A DNA stretch of 63,604 nucleotides, counting the filler, from Acetivibrio sp. (lineage in GTDB: Bacteria; Bacillota; Clostridia; Acetivibrionales; Acetivibrionaceae), in NCBI RefSeq assembly GCF_035371925.1. It is 3 parts of 3 records of this genome, joined end to end, with 100 filler letters (N's around TTAATTAATTAA, not from the genome) between each part and the next. Parts side by side here need not be neighbours in the genome. Positions count along the whole stretch, not along the records: positions 23,373 to 45,848 come from NZ_DAORXT010000045.1; 2 more parts are not named here. The stretch is one strand, 5' to 3'. Position numbers and translations under genes: made by a program. The notes beneath the pieces were generated by a model. It was given only the letters and a program-made list of their open reading frames with translations. It did not search any database and was not told the DNA's origin. Numbering within the stretch: the stretch's first letter is position 1; each line of letters starts with the position of its first letter. This document shows, in pieces, positions 27,011 through 37,076 of the stretch.

Positions 27011-28303
27011 TTAAGATAAAGTGGCCGAAAATCGCTTCGGCAGCAATTTTTTAAGTACATTATATATGACAAAGGATACGCCTATTGTATAAATGGGGTG
27101 AAGAGGAAAAACATATCTGGAGTTTCCTTCAAGCACAAACATCATTGCATTAAAGTAAAGGAAAATAAGAAGGATAAATGTGGTAAAGTCTATTTTTCTT
27201 TGGCGGATAAACCTTATCACTGCATATATAATAAATATGAAAAGTACGATGTAAAAAGGCCTGTACAAGAGCTTTTCAAGCTTTACAGCCTTGGACGTTA
27301 TCGGATGCCATTGGTTGATACCTATGGTCAACGCCCACATTATATCATCGGTTTTGTACCAGTATGAATTAGCAATACGTAGAAATGCCAGCTCAACAAA
27401 CCTTTTGGGGTTTTCCTTTATCCACTCTCTGGCAAGTTGCTTGCCGAGTTTGTGGATTGCCAATTCATCAAATCCTTCTTCGGTTTTGTACTTTAGCATC
27501 GGACTGTCAGGGTATTTAAAGGGGTCGCTCCATGAGCCGATTGCATAATCGTTGTTATTTACATAAAAAACGTAGCCGCCATTGGTTGAGAAAATCGGTT
27601 CGCCGAAAACGATATAATTTCTTATTATCCATGGACTTATTACCAATGCCACTGAAACTGCAAAGGCAGCGACATACTTGATTTTATGCTTTAGCCCCAC
27701 ATCTTTTCGGATAAATTCATAGAGGACAAATATTGACGGAATAAACACTCCGATAGGTCTTACAAGGGTTAGATAACCAATCAGAAGTCCTATGACAAAA
27801 GGATTGTTTTTGTTGAAATACAAATAAATAGAAAGCATTAAAAGCGCGGAGAATAAAATTTCCGAGCATATGATGCTATTGTATGCTATTGCCAAGGGTG
27901 ACAAAGCATAAATAAGCAGGGTCAAAAGGGCAATTTTGTTACCGAAAAACTTGTCGGCAAGCTTGTATGTCAAAAACATGATAAGAGTGGAAAGCACAAT
28001 GTTAAACAGCTTTGCCACTAAAAAGTCCGCACCGAATATGAAGTAGAGGATTGCCAAAGTCCCGGGATAGCCTATGGGCCTAAAAGCTGTAGGAAATCCG
28101 GGTCTTCCGGTGTAATAGGGATAAATTCCGTTTAGAAAGCCTTTGCCTTCCGCAATTTCCTTTCCCTTGACATGGTACCACATAAAATCGGTTTCAGGGT
28201 ATGTAGGCATGGCAAAAATCCATATAAGTCTTAATATTACACCTATAAATATTATGACAAGATATTTGTTTCTTTTGATGTAATCTATAAACTTGGAAAT
28301 CAT
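27011..28303 (-). CDS. ArnT/PMT-like (GT-C fold) membrane glycosyltransferase
   Basis: Multiple TM helices, early ETD acidic loop, RPIGYP, SEILF, RYVFP; RBS AAGGAG before ATG 28303. Confidence 0.75.
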   Translation of the reverse strand: MISKFIDYIKRNKYLVIIFIGVILRLIWIFAMPTYPETDFMWYHVKGKEIAEGKGFLNGIYPYYTGRPGFPTAFRPIGYPGTLAILYFIFGADFLVAKLFNIVLSTLIMFLTYKLADKFFGNKIALLTLLIYALSPLAIAYNSIICSEILFSALLMLSIYLYFNKNNPFVIGLLIGYLTLVRPIGVFIPSIFVLYEFIRKDVGLKHKIKYVAAFAVSVALVISPWIIRNYIVFGEPIFSTNGGYVFYVNNNDYAIGSWSDPFKYPDSPMLKYKTEEGFDELAIHKLGKQLAREWIKENPKRFVELAFLRIANSYWYKTDDIMWALTIGINQWHPITSKAVKLEKLLYRPFYIVLFIFIIYAVIRFIRQRKIDFTTFILLIFLYFNAMMFVLEGNSRYVFPLHPIYTIGVSFVIYNVLKKLLPKRFSATLS

Positions 28304-28496
28304 ATCTTCTCCTTTAAATTCTCCTTTGTATTTTTGACTGTTTGCTATCTGTCGGTTGTTAATTGTTGTGTCGACCCCACAATGTACATTGTACTTTTGA
28401 TAAACATTCCGTGTCAAGGATTATTGCATAATTAAGAATGAAAACAATATAAAGCATAATTGGTTTATAAAATTAATAACATTTATAAAATTTCAC

Positions 28497-28526
28497 TTGC
28501 ATTTTTAGTATTTTCCATGCTACAAT
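28497..28526 (+). promoter_or_regulatory. Sigma-A promoter of the trp operon
   Basis: TTGCAT, 18 nt, TACAAT, with TGn extension. Confidence 0.55.
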
Positions 28527-28537
28527 TATTTTAAGAT

Positions 28538-28593
28538 TAGATGAGATGAGTTTTAGTTTGAAGAGAAGAGATGAGAAGAGACGAGACGAGGAG
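28538..28593 (+). promoter_or_regulatory. TRAP-binding-like (G/U)AG repeat array in the trpE leader
   Basis: About 11 GAG/TAG triplets, mostly at 5-nt period (TAGatGAGatGAG...GAGaaGAGatGAGaaGAGacGAGacGAG). Confidence 0.8.
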
Positions 28594-28615
28594 TACAAAT
28601 TCTTTTGTATCATAT

Positions 28616-28648
28616 CGCCGGATTCTTCTATCCGGCGTTATTTAGTTT
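28616..28648 (+). terminator. trp leader attenuator hairpin
   Basis: CGCCGGAT / ATCCGGCG followed by TTATTTAGTTT, upstream of the trpE start. Confidence 0.7.
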
Positions 28649-28690
28649 AGTCTGCTCTCATGTCTTCCTTAGAAATAAGGAGGAGTCGGA

Positions 28691-30175
28691 ATGTTTTACC
28701 CAACCTTGGACGAAGTTAAATCAATGGCAAAGGATTATAATATCATACCAGTTACAATGGAAGTATACGCTGACATGGAAACTCCTATCAGCTTGTTTAA
28801 AAGGTTTGAGGAAAGCAGTTACTGTTTTCTGTTAGAGAGCGTCGAGGGTGGCGAAAAGTGGGCCAGATACTCCATTATCGGCAAAAATCCGTTCCTTATT
28901 GTAAAAAGCTATAAAAACAAAACCATTATCAAAGAGAGGAACGGTTTTCAGAAGGAAATTGAAGGAAACCCTGTGGAAATAATAAAGGAGCTTATGGGCA
29001 AATTCAAGGGTGCAAACCTTCCAAATCTTCCGAGGTTCAATGGAGGGGCTGTGGGATATTTCGGATATGACCTTATACGCCACTATGAGAATCTCCCCAA
29101 TGTCCCTGAAGATGATATGGGGCTTCCCGAAAGTCATTTTATGTTCACTGATGAAGTGCTGGTATATGACCACCTGAAGCAGAAAATACACATAATTGTA
29201 AATTTACATGTCAACGGTAATATTGAACGGGCCTATATAAGTGCAGTTGACCGGATAAAAAGCATACACAAAGAGATTATCGATACCAAATGGAAGACCG
29301 CGGACCACGCTGTTTTAGATTACAATAAAAAGGATAGCAGCTTTGAGGTAAAGAGCAATATTTCAAAAGAGGCTTTTTGCCAAAATGTCTTAAAAGCAAA
29401 ACAGTATATAAAGGACGGAGACATATTTCAGGTGGTTTTGTCCCAGCGTCTGTGCGTTGAAACGAATGAAAATCCTTTTAATATATACAGGTGCTTAAGG
29501 CTTATAAATCCTTCTCCTTATATGTATTATCTTAAATTTGATGATTACAGGATAATAGGTTCTTCTCCCGAAATGCTGGCCAGGGTTGAAAACGGAATTG
29601 TGGAAACCTGCCCCATTGCAGGAACAAGGAAAAGGGGCAGGACAAAAGAAGAGGATGAGGCTTTGGAAAAAGACCTTTTGTCCGATGAAAAAGAGCTGGC
29701 AGAGCACGTGATGCTGGTAGACTTGGGAAGAAACGATATCGGAAGAGTATCGAAATACGGCACTGTAGAGGTAAAGAACCTTATGCACATTGAAAGGTAT
29801 TCCCATGTAATGCATGTGGTGACCAATGTACAGGGACAGATTCGGGAGGATAAGACTCCTTTTGACGCCCTTATGTCCATTCTTCCTGCCGGTACCCTTT
29901 CCGGAGCACCAAAGGTCAGGGCCATGGAGATAATAGATGAGCTTGAGACTGTAAAGCGCGGGCCCTATGGGGGTGCCATTGGATATCTTAGCTTTAACGG
30001 TAATCTGGACAGCTGCATAACCATAAGGACAATAATATTGAAAGACGGCAAGGCTTATGTTCAGGCCGGTGCCGGCATAGTTGCGGATTCGGTTCCGGAA
30101 AAGGAGTATGAGGAATGCTACAATAAAGCAATGGCACTTCTTAAAGCTATAGAAGAGGCAGGTGAGATAAAATGA
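28691..30175 (+). CDS. trpE: Anthranilate synthase component I
   Basis: LLESVEGG, GDIFQVVLSQR, NPSPYMY, SSPE, EHVMLVDLGRND, GTLSGAPK. Confidence 0.96.
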   Translation: MFYPTLDEVKSMAKDYNIIPVTMEVYADMETPISLFKRFEESSYCFLLESVEGGEKWARYSIIGKNPFLIVKSYKNKTIIKERNGFQKEIEGNPVEIIKELMGKFKGANLPNLPRFNGGAVGYFGYDLIRHYENLPNVPEDDMGLPESHFMFTDEVLVYDHLKQKIHIIVNLHVNGNIERAYISAVDRIKSIHKEIIDTKWKTADHAVLDYNKKDSSFEVKSNISKEAFCQNVLKAKQYIKDGDIFQVVLSQRLCVETNENPFNIYRCLRLINPSPYMYYLKFDDYRIIGSSPEMLARVENGIVETCPIAGTRKRGRTKEEDEALEKDLLSDEKELAEHVMLVDLGRNDIGRVSKYGTVEVKNLMHIERYSHVMHVVTNVQGQIREDKTPFDALMSILPAGTLSGAPKVRAMEIIDELETVKRGPYGGAIGYLSFNGNLDSCITIRTIILKDGKAYVQAGAGIVADSVPEKEYEECYNKAMALLKAIEEAGEIK

Positions 30176-30762
30176 AGGACAATATATTGATTATTGATAA
30201 TTATGATTCTTTTACCTACAATTTGTACCAGTATGTCGGGGAAATCAGTCCACATATTGAGGTTTTCAGAAATGACAAGATAACCTTGGAAGAAATCGAA
30301 GAGATGAATCCCTCCCATATAATAATTTCTCCCGGTCCCGGTTTCCCAAAAGATGCCGGAATATCTATTGAGGCGATAAGAAAGTTTGGCGAATATATAC
30401 CCATCCTTGGGGTGTGCCTTGGACATCAGGCAATCGGAGAGGCTTTTGGAGGAAAGGTAGTGCATGCAAAGGAACTTATGCACGGGAAGGCATCGGAAGT
30501 TGAGATTGACAGGGAGTGTTTGATATTCCGTGATTTACCCGAAAAAATCCGGGTGGGAAGGTACCATTCTCTTATAGTTCAGAAGGAAGGACTTCCCGAA
30601 TCTTTAAAAATCACTGCCATTACACCGGATGGGGAGATAATGGGGTTAATGCACAGAAGTTATCCGGTTTTTGGGATACAGTTTCATCCCGAGTCAATTC
30701 TTACTCCCCAAGGAAAGGCAATTTTGAGAAATTTTATTAACATAAAAAGAGTAGCGGGCTAA
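30172..30762 (+). CDS. trpG: Anthranilate synthase component II
   Basis: IDNYDSFTYNL, SPGPG, GVCLGHQ, GRYHSL, QFHPES. Confidence 0.95.
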   Translation: MKDNILIIDNYDSFTYNLYQYVGEISPHIEVFRNDKITLEEIEEMNPSHIIISPGPGFPKDAGISIEAIRKFGEYIPILGVCLGHQAIGEAFGGKVVHAKELMHGKASEVEIDRECLIFRDLPEKIRVGRYHSLIVQKEGLPESLKITAITPDGEIMGLMHRSYPVFGIQFHPESILTPQGKAILRNFINIKRVAG

Positions 30763-30792
30763 TATTACTTTAAGAATTTAAAATGATTGGAA

Positions 30793-30810
30793 GAGATGAG
30801 AAGAGAGGAG
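30793..30810 (+). promoter_or_regulatory. Second GAG repeat tract overlapping the trpD RBS
   Basis: GAGatGAGaaGAGagGAG at 5-nt period, ending in the GGAG Shine-Dalgarno 8 nt before ATG 30819. Confidence 0.6.
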
Positions 30811-30818
30811 AGGTCAAA

Positions 30819-31856
30819 ATGTTGAAAAAAGCAATTTCAAAACTGGTTGAAGGAAAAAACTTGAGTGAAGCGGAGATAGTGGAGGCATTGGACTCTATAA
30901 TGGAGGGTAAGGCAACACCTGCCCAGATAGGAAGCTTTATAACAGCGCTTAGAATCAAGGGAGAAACAATAGAGGAAATAACGGGATGCGCCAAGGTAAT
31001 GAGAGCAAAGGCTGACAGAATACATCCCAATGTTGATTATTATATTGATACCTGCGGAACCGGAGGGGACGGAACCAATACCTTCAACATATCGACGGCA
31101 TCGGCCTTTGTGGCAGCCGCAGGGGGCGTATATGTGGCAAAGCACGGAAACAGGTCGGTGTCCAGTAAAAGCGGCAGCGCGGATGTCTTGGAAGCTTTGG
31201 GTGTCAATATAGACCTTGACCCGGTTCAGGTAAAAGAGTGCATAGAGAAGGTGGGGATAGGATTTATATATGCTCCAATGTTCCATAAATGCATGAAGCA
31301 CGCTGCGGGACCGAGAAAAGAATTGGGAATAAGGACAATATTCAATATACTTGGGCCTCTGACAAACCCGTCCAATGCAAAAGGGCAGGTGCTGGGGGTA
31401 TTTAATCCGAATCTTACGGAAGCCGTGGCAAATGTTCTTTTAAATCTTGGAGTTGAAAGAGCTATGGTTATACATGGTATGGACGGAATGGATGAAATTA
31501 CGACAACCACGTCTACCAAGGTATCGGAGGTTCGCAGCAATGAGGTTGTTATTTATGAATTGCACCCTGAAGATTACGGTTTTGCCCTTGCGTCACCGGA
31601 GGATTTGACGGGAAGGGATGCAGAGGATAATGCTGAGATAATAAAGAGGATATTTAACGGTGAAAAGGGAGCAAAAAGAGATATCGTTGTATTAAATTCA
31701 GCGGCAGCATTGTATGTAGGAAAAGCTGCATCCAGCATTGAAGAAGGAATTGACCTTGCTAAAGAAATAATTGATTCCGGAAAAGCTTTGAAAAAGGTCG
31801 ATGAGCTTGTAGAGTTTACAAACTCCTTCCTAAGCTATAATGAGTTGTCGGGCTGA
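30819..31856 (+). CDS. trpD: Anthranilate phosphoribosyltransferase
   Basis: DTCGTGGDG, NISTAS, KHGNRSVSSKSGSAD, GMDE. Confidence 0.96.
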   Translation: MLKKAISKLVEGKNLSEAEIVEALDSIMEGKATPAQIGSFITALRIKGETIEEITGCAKVMRAKADRIHPNVDYYIDTCGTGGDGTNTFNISTASAFVAAAGGVYVAKHGNRSVSSKSGSADVLEALGVNIDLDPVQVKECIEKVGIGFIYAPMFHKCMKHAAGPRKELGIRTIFNILGPLTNPSNAKGQVLGVFNPNLTEAVANVLLNLGVERAMVIHGMDGMDEITTTTSTKVSEVRSNEVVIYELHPEDYGFALASPEDLTGRDAEDNAEIIKRIFNGEKGAKRDIVVLNSAAALYVGKAASSIEEGIDLAKEIIDSGKALKKVDELVEFTNSFLSYNELSG

Positions 31857-31910
31857 TGCTAAAAAGCATTATCCGCTAAGAAATAAATGCAAGTTTACAA
31901 GGAGGAAAAC

Positions 31911-32693
31911 ATGATACTGGATGAAATTGTAGCGCAAAAGAGGATTCAGCTAAATAAAGATATGAGCAAAATTAGTATAGAGGGTTGGAAGCAAAAAATA
32001 AAAAGACCGGGGACTCACAAGCCTTTGGACTTTTACGGGGCTTTAAAAAACAGCGGAAATATTTCCATTATTGCCGAGGTAAAAAAGGCTTCTCCGTCAA
32101 AAGGAATCATAAAAGAGGACTTTGATCCGCTAAAAATCGCAAAGGAATATATCGAGTCTGAGATTCAGGCTATATCGGTGCTTACCGAAAGGAACTTTTT
32201 CAAAGGGGATGAAGAGTACCTTGTAAAGATTCGTCAATCCTGTCCTCTCCCAATTTTAAGAAAAGATTTTATAATCGATTTGTGGCAGGTGTATGAGTCA
32301 CGGTGTATAGGGGCTGATGCAATATTGCTTATTGTATCATTGCTTTCCGATGAGGAGTTGAAAAAATTCCAGATTGTTGCAAATATACTGGGATTGCACT
32401 GCCTGGTTGAGGTTCATGATGAAAGGGAGCTGGAGAGGGCTTTGGAATCCGGTGCAAGGATAATCGGAATAAACAACAGGGATCTTAGGACCTTTGAGGT
32501 GGATTTAAAGAATACCGAAAAGCTTATGAACAGGATACCGAACGACCGGGTGGTGGTAAGCGAAAGCGGCATTAAGGGTGCTGAAGATTTAAAATATCTG
32601 AAAGAGCTCGGTGTGGATGCGGTTTTGATAGGGGAAACCTTTATGAGGGCAGAGTCCATAAGTGAAAAAATAAATGAGTTTAAAGCGGTGTGA
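31911..32693 (+). CDS. trpC: Indole-3-glycerol phosphate synthase
   Basis: IAEVKKASPSKG, SVLTE, LRKDFI, VEVH, GINNRDL, SESGI. Confidence 0.96.
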   Translation: MILDEIVAQKRIQLNKDMSKISIEGWKQKIKRPGTHKPLDFYGALKNSGNISIIAEVKKASPSKGIIKEDFDPLKIAKEYIESEIQAISVLTERNFFKGDEEYLVKIRQSCPLPILRKDFIIDLWQVYESRCIGADAILLIVSLLSDEELKKFQIVANILGLHCLVEVHDERELERALESGARIIGINNRDLRTFEVDLKNTEKLMNRIPNDRVVVSESGIKGAEDLKYLKELGVDAVLIGETFMRAESISEKINEFKAV

Positions 32694-32695
32694 TT

Positions 32696-33346
32696 ATGAC
32701 GAAAGTTAAGATATGTGGTCTTAGAAGAAAAGAGGATATTGATTGTGTAAATCTTTATAAGCCACAATTTGCGGGCTTTGTATTTGCCGAAAGCCGCCGG
32801 AAGGTTTCGAAAGAAACAGCAAGAATGCTTATTAAAGAGCTCTTGCCACAGATTAAGTCTGTGGGGATATTTGTAAATGAAAATGAGAATGTAGTTGCGG
32901 AAATTGCGGAGTACACAGGGCTAGACTGTGTCCAGATTCATGGGGACGAGACGCCGGAATATGTAGAAAGGCTTAAAGGTTTACTTGGCAAAGCAACCAA
33001 AAAAAATATTGAAATATGGAAGGCTATTCGGGTAAAAAATAAAGAATCTCTTAAAATAATGTCCGATTTTGATGCAGATGCCTTCCTTTTGGATGCCTAT
33101 GTTGAGGGAAGCTATGGAGGAGCCGGGGCTGTGTTTGACTGGCAGATTGCAAGAGACATCGCATCAAGGCACGACAGAATTATTCTTGCCGGAGGTCTTA
33201 ATCCGGAAAATGTCAAGGCGGCCGTGGCAAGGGTAAAACCCTATGGAGTGGATGTCAGCAGCGGCGTTGAGACTGACGGTTTTAAGGATGTTGGCAAAAT
33301 AAGGGATTTTATTAACAGAGTCAGGGAAGCGGACGAGATGCTTTAG
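32696..33346 (+). CDS. trpF: Phosphoribosylanthranilate isomerase
   Basis: VKICG, QIHGDE, LLD...GGAG, ILAGGLNPENV, GVDVSSGVE. Confidence 0.95.
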   Translation: MTKVKICGLRRKEDIDCVNLYKPQFAGFVFAESRRKVSKETARMLIKELLPQIKSVGIFVNENENVVAEIAEYTGLDCVQIHGDETPEYVERLKGLLGKATKKNIEIWKAIRVKNKESLKIMSDFDADAFLLDAYVEGSYGGAGAVFDWQIARDIASRHDRIILAGGLNPENVKAAVARVKPYGVDVSSGVETDGFKDVGKIRDFINRVREADEML

Positions 33347-33357
33347 TCCGCTTTTTT
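33327..33357 (+). terminator. Terminator after trpF
   Basis: AAGCGGAC / GTCCGCTT followed by a T run. Confidence 0.7.
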
Positions 33358-33442
33358 ATTTGGCCTCTTGGAATGAAATCTTTCTCTTTACTTGAGAACT
33401 TTTGGATTATGTGCTAAAATTGATGCTTAAGGGGTGATATGA

Positions 33443-34030
33443 ATGTTAATTGTGGGAATAAACGGAAGTCCGAATAAGGAAGGAAACACAAAATTTCTTA
33501 TTAATACTGTACTGGAAGAGGCAAAAAGTCAAGGCGCAGAGACAATGGTTCTTGAAGTGAAGGATCTTTTAAATTCCGTAAAAAACCCTTTCTGCGTTGT
33601 TTGCAGCAGTCCCTGTTCCGGTATATGCTATAAAGGTACTAAACTGGAAGAGGCTTATGAGATTTTGAAAAAGGCTGATGCAATAGTAATGGGAAGTCCT
33701 GTATACTTTGGGAGTGTTTCGGCACAGCTTAAAGCCTTTTTTGATAAAACGAGAAAACTTAGAAGCGAAAAGGCTTTCTACAACAAATTTGCATGCGGAG
33801 TGACCGTGGGAGCATCAAAATACGGCGGGCAGGAAACTACAATGAAAGCATTGCACGATATTATGCTTGTTCACGGTATGACAATTGTTGGTGACGGATA
33901 TGTTGGCGATGATTGCGGCCATCACGGTGTATGTGCGCATCAGCCTGCGGATAAAGATGAGTTTGCCGTAAAAAGGGCAAAAATACTTGGAAGAAGACTT
34001 GTAGATGTTTGCAAAAAAGCAGGTGCATAA
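33443..34030 (+). CDS. Flavodoxin family / iron-sulfur flavoprotein
   Basis: GINGSP..GNT, CVVCSSPCSGIC, GSPVYFG, GGQETT. Confidence 0.85.
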   Translation: MLIVGINGSPNKEGNTKFLINTVLEEAKSQGAETMVLEVKDLLNSVKNPFCVVCSSPCSGICYKGTKLEEAYEILKKADAIVMGSPVYFGSVSAQLKAFFDKTRKLRSEKAFYNKFACGVTVGASKYGGQETTMKALHDIMLVHGMTIVGDGYVGDDCGHHGVCAHQPADKDEFAVKRAKILGRRLVDVCKKAGA

Positions 34031-34305
34031 GATATAAGATGGTTATCGGATTAAAAAACAGGGTATATATATTGCTATGACTATACTATTGATTTGGGGG
34101 CGTCTTGCCCCCGGTTTTTGTTACAATAAGTAAATTGCCGAAAATTACAATAGATTTAGAAAAAATACTAATACTTCGCCACAAAACTGCTTAAAAAATA
34201 CTTAAAATTTATTTTTATTAATGTTATAATCAAGATAATAAATATTTTTTACGGATAACTGTTTTTTGATTAATATAACTTAGTTTATAATTATAGGTGT
34301 TTAAA

Positions 34306-34974
34306 ATGATTAACAAAAGAATCAGTATTTTTACAGGACATTTTGGAAGCGGCAAGACGGAAGTGGCGGTTAATTTTGCCCTTCGACTTAGAGAACAGAA
34401 TATTAATACTGCAATTGTGGATTTTGACATAGTCAATCCTTTTTTCAGGACTACTGACGTTAAACGTGAGCTTGAGTCAAAAAACATCTGGGTTGTTTCT
34501 CCTCTTTATGCAAACACAAATGTCGACGTTCCGGCACTGCCTGCAGAGATATATACATTGTTTGAAAAAAAAGAATACAATGTTGTTTTTGATGTGGGCG
34601 GCGATGACCTTGGAGCAAGAGCCTTGTCAAGATTTAAAGAGGAAATAGAAAACGACGACTATGAAATGTATTTTGTTATTAATACCAAAAGGCCTATGAC
34701 TGATACTGTTGAAAAGATTGAACAGATGATTTTTGAAATCGAAAGCGCATCCCGGCTGAAAGTGTCAAAGCTTGTAAACAATACGAACCTCGTTGGCAAA
34801 ACGACTGTTGAGGATGTGATTGAAGGTCATAAAATGATAAAGGAATTATCTCGAAAACTCAACATACCTGTTGCATTTGTAAGCGGCTTTCGTGAAATTG
34901 CAGATGAAGTAAGAAAGATAGAAGACATCGAAGTATTGTACTTGAACGGTCTCATTAAATTACCGTGGAATTGA
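34306..34974 (+). CDS. Uncharacterised P-loop NTPase preceding the oxidoreductase operon
   Basis: GHFGSGKTE, DFDIVNPFFR, DVGGDDLGAR. Confidence 0.75.
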   Translation: MINKRISIFTGHFGSGKTEVAVNFALRLREQNINTAIVDFDIVNPFFRTTDVKRELESKNIWVVSPLYANTNVDVPALPAEIYTLFEKKEYNVVFDVGGDDLGARALSRFKEEIENDDYEMYFVINTKRPMTDTVEKIEQMIFEIESASRLKVSKLVNNTNLVGKTTVEDVIEGHKMIKELSRKLNIPVAFVSGFREIADEVRKIEDIEVLYLNGLIKLPWN

Positions 34975-34987
34975 TGGAGGGGCTGTA

Positions 34988-35698
34988 ATGAGTAATATGA
35001 AGTTGAGGGATTTTCTTTCCGAAGGCTCTATAATCAGGACAAAGCATTGCAATTCATCCAATTGGGTAACAAACGTCGTTTTTGCCATTAATGAAGACTG
35101 GATTGAGATTGATATCGGACTTGAAAAGGATTATATTGAAAACATAATTATGATTGGAGATACAATGAGATGCAAGTATACCAATGATGAGTATGAGTTT
35201 ACATTAATCGGTTGGGTCACCAAGATAAAGCTTGATGAACCGCAGAGCATTACCATTAAAATTCACGATGTGGAGAAGTTTGCAAACAGGCGCGGAAACT
35301 ATAGATATGATATTTATCTGTGTTCTGTTATTAAAAAGTCCAAGAACGATAAAAACGGCGTGTTTGCCATTATGACCAATTTGAGCCAGGGTGGGGCTGC
35401 TTTTGTTGCTAAGGAAGATATCGAAAAGGAATTGGAAGGTGCTCAGAATTCTCAAGGGGAGAAAAATTTTTACTTTGAGGTATTTATTAATCCCAAAAAG
35501 CAGATGTGTTTTGTCGGTACCGTAAAAAGGAAATCAAATAGTGCAAAGGGATTTGAATATGGTGTCAAAATTTTGGATATTGACCTTCAAAATGAAAAAA
35601 TTCTGAACGAGTTGATTGATGAGCTTGAAAAAAAAGATAAAGAGCTCTATAATAAACGAAGTAGCTTTTGGTCGAAGAATAGCAAGTATAATAAATAA
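34988..35698 (+). CDS. PilZ domain protein
   Basis: RRGNYR (RxxxR) and NLSQGG (D/NxSxxG) c-di-GMP-binding motifs. Confidence 0.75.
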   Translation: MSNMKLRDFLSEGSIIRTKHCNSSNWVTNVVFAINEDWIEIDIGLEKDYIENIIMIGDTMRCKYTNDEYEFTLIGWVTKIKLDEPQSITIKIHDVEKFANRRGNYRYDIYLCSVIKKSKNDKNGVFAIMTNLSQGGAAFVAKEDIEKELEGAQNSQGEKNFYFEVFINPKKQMCFVGTVKRKSNSAKGFEYGVKILDIDLQNEKILNELIDELEKKDKELYNKRSSFWSKNSKYNK

Positions 35699-35710
35699 TG
35701 GGGGATTTAA

Positions 35711-35917
35711 ATGGCAAAGGTTATTTTTGATGAAAACAGATGCAAGGGTTGTAAATTGTGCACGACAGTTTGCCCTAAGAAGATTGTTGTTATGAATGAG
35801 GACAAATTAAACCAGAAGGGCTTTCATCCGGCAGGAGTTACTGATATGGACAAATGCATAGGATGTGCTTTTTGTGCAACGATTTGTCCTGATTGTGTCA
35901 TAGAAGTTTATAAATAA
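35711..35917 (+). CDS. 2x[4Fe-4S] ferredoxin, delta subunit of a 2-oxoacid:ferredoxin oxidoreductase
   Basis: CKGCKLCTTVCP and CIGCAFCATICP. Confidence 0.92.
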   Translation: MAKVIFDENRCKGCKLCTTVCPKKIVVMNEDKLNQKGFHPAGVTDMDKCIGCAFCATICPDCVIEVYK

Positions 35918-35966
35918 GTTGTGTAAAAAAGTTTTCAATGAAACAGATTAGGGGGACTTGGAATAT

Positions 35967-37025
35967 ATGGGAGAGAAATTGTTAATGAAGGGAAACGAAG
36001 CCATTGCAGAAGCTGCTCTAAGAGCAGGATGCAGGCACTACTTCGGATACCCGATCACACCACAAACTGAAATTGCGCATTATTTGGCAAAGAAAATGCC
36101 TGAAGTTGGCGGAACTTTTATTCAGGCAGAAAGTGAAGTGGCTGCCATAAACATGGTTTACGGTGCGGCCAGCGCAGGAGCAAGGGTTTTGACTTCGTCA
36201 TCCAGCCCGGGTATAAGCTTAAAGCAGGAAGGCTTGTCTTATCTTGCAGGTGCAGAGCTTCCTGCCGTTGTCGTAAACATCGTAAGATGCGGTCCGGGTC
36301 TTGGAGGAATACTGCCTGCACAGTGTGATTATTTCCAAGCTGTAAAGGGCGGAGGCCATGGTGATTACAAGATGGTTGTACTGGCGCCTTCCAGCGTTCA
36401 GGAACTGTATGAACTTACTGTGGAGGCTTTTAATATTGCCGACAGGTATAGAATTGTTTCAATGATTATGGGTGACGGAATTTTAGGACAGATGATGGAA
36501 GCTGTTGAGTTCAAAGATGTCGAGAATATAGAAAAAGTCGACAAACCTTGGGCTACTACAGGTACACAAATGAAGAGGGAGCACAATACCGTAACCTCTA
36601 TTTATATTCAGCCCGAAGTGTTGGAAAAACACAACCAAAAGCTGCAGGCCAAATACAGATTGATTGAGGAAAAGGAAACCCGTGTTGAAACATACAATTG
36701 TGAGGATGCGGATATTATTGTGACAGCTTTTGGTACAGTTGCAAGAATAGTAAAGAATGTTATAAAGATGGCCCAAAAGGAAGGTATAAAGGTTGGTTTG
36801 ATTAGACCTATAACCTTGTGGCCTTTCCCGGTAAAGGAATTTGAAAAATATGCTGATGTTCCGAAAGCATTCTTGTCGGTTGAGCTTAATGCAGGCCAAA
36901 TGGTTGAAGATGTCAAGATGGCTGTTAACGGCAAAAGGCCTGTGTATTTCCACGGAAGAATGGGCGGAATGATACCGACACAGAAGGAAATACTGGATAA
37001 AATAAAAGAAATTTTGAATGGTTAA
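35967..37025 (+). CDS. 2-oxoacid:ferredoxin oxidoreductase alpha subunit (VorB-like)
   Basis: KGNEAIAEAA, YPITPQ, QAESE, TSSSSPG, RPITLWPFP, VELNAGQM. Confidence 0.92.
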   Translation: MGEKLLMKGNEAIAEAALRAGCRHYFGYPITPQTEIAHYLAKKMPEVGGTFIQAESEVAAINMVYGAASAGARVLTSSSSPGISLKQEGLSYLAGAELPAVVVNIVRCGPGLGGILPAQCDYFQAVKGGGHGDYKMVVLAPSSVQELYELTVEAFNIADRYRIVSMIMGDGILGQMMEAVEFKDVENIEKVDKPWATTGTQMKREHNTVTSIYIQPEVLEKHNQKLQAKYRLIEEKETRVETYNCEDADIIVTAFGTVARIVKNVIKMAQKEGIKVGLIRPITLWPFPVKEFEKYADVPKAFLSVELNAGQMVEDVKMAVNGKRPVYFHGRMGGMIPTQKEILDKIKEILNG

Positions 37026-37076
37026 ACGGTTTTTAAACTCTTAATGCTAGGATTTTATTTTGGAAGGGGAAGAAAA

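Noticed and set aside
28538..28593. CRISPR array or microsatellite
   Set aside because: Triplets at 5-nt period with no spacers and no cas genes; the location in the trp leader fits a TRAP site. No CRISPR array was seen anywhere in the window.
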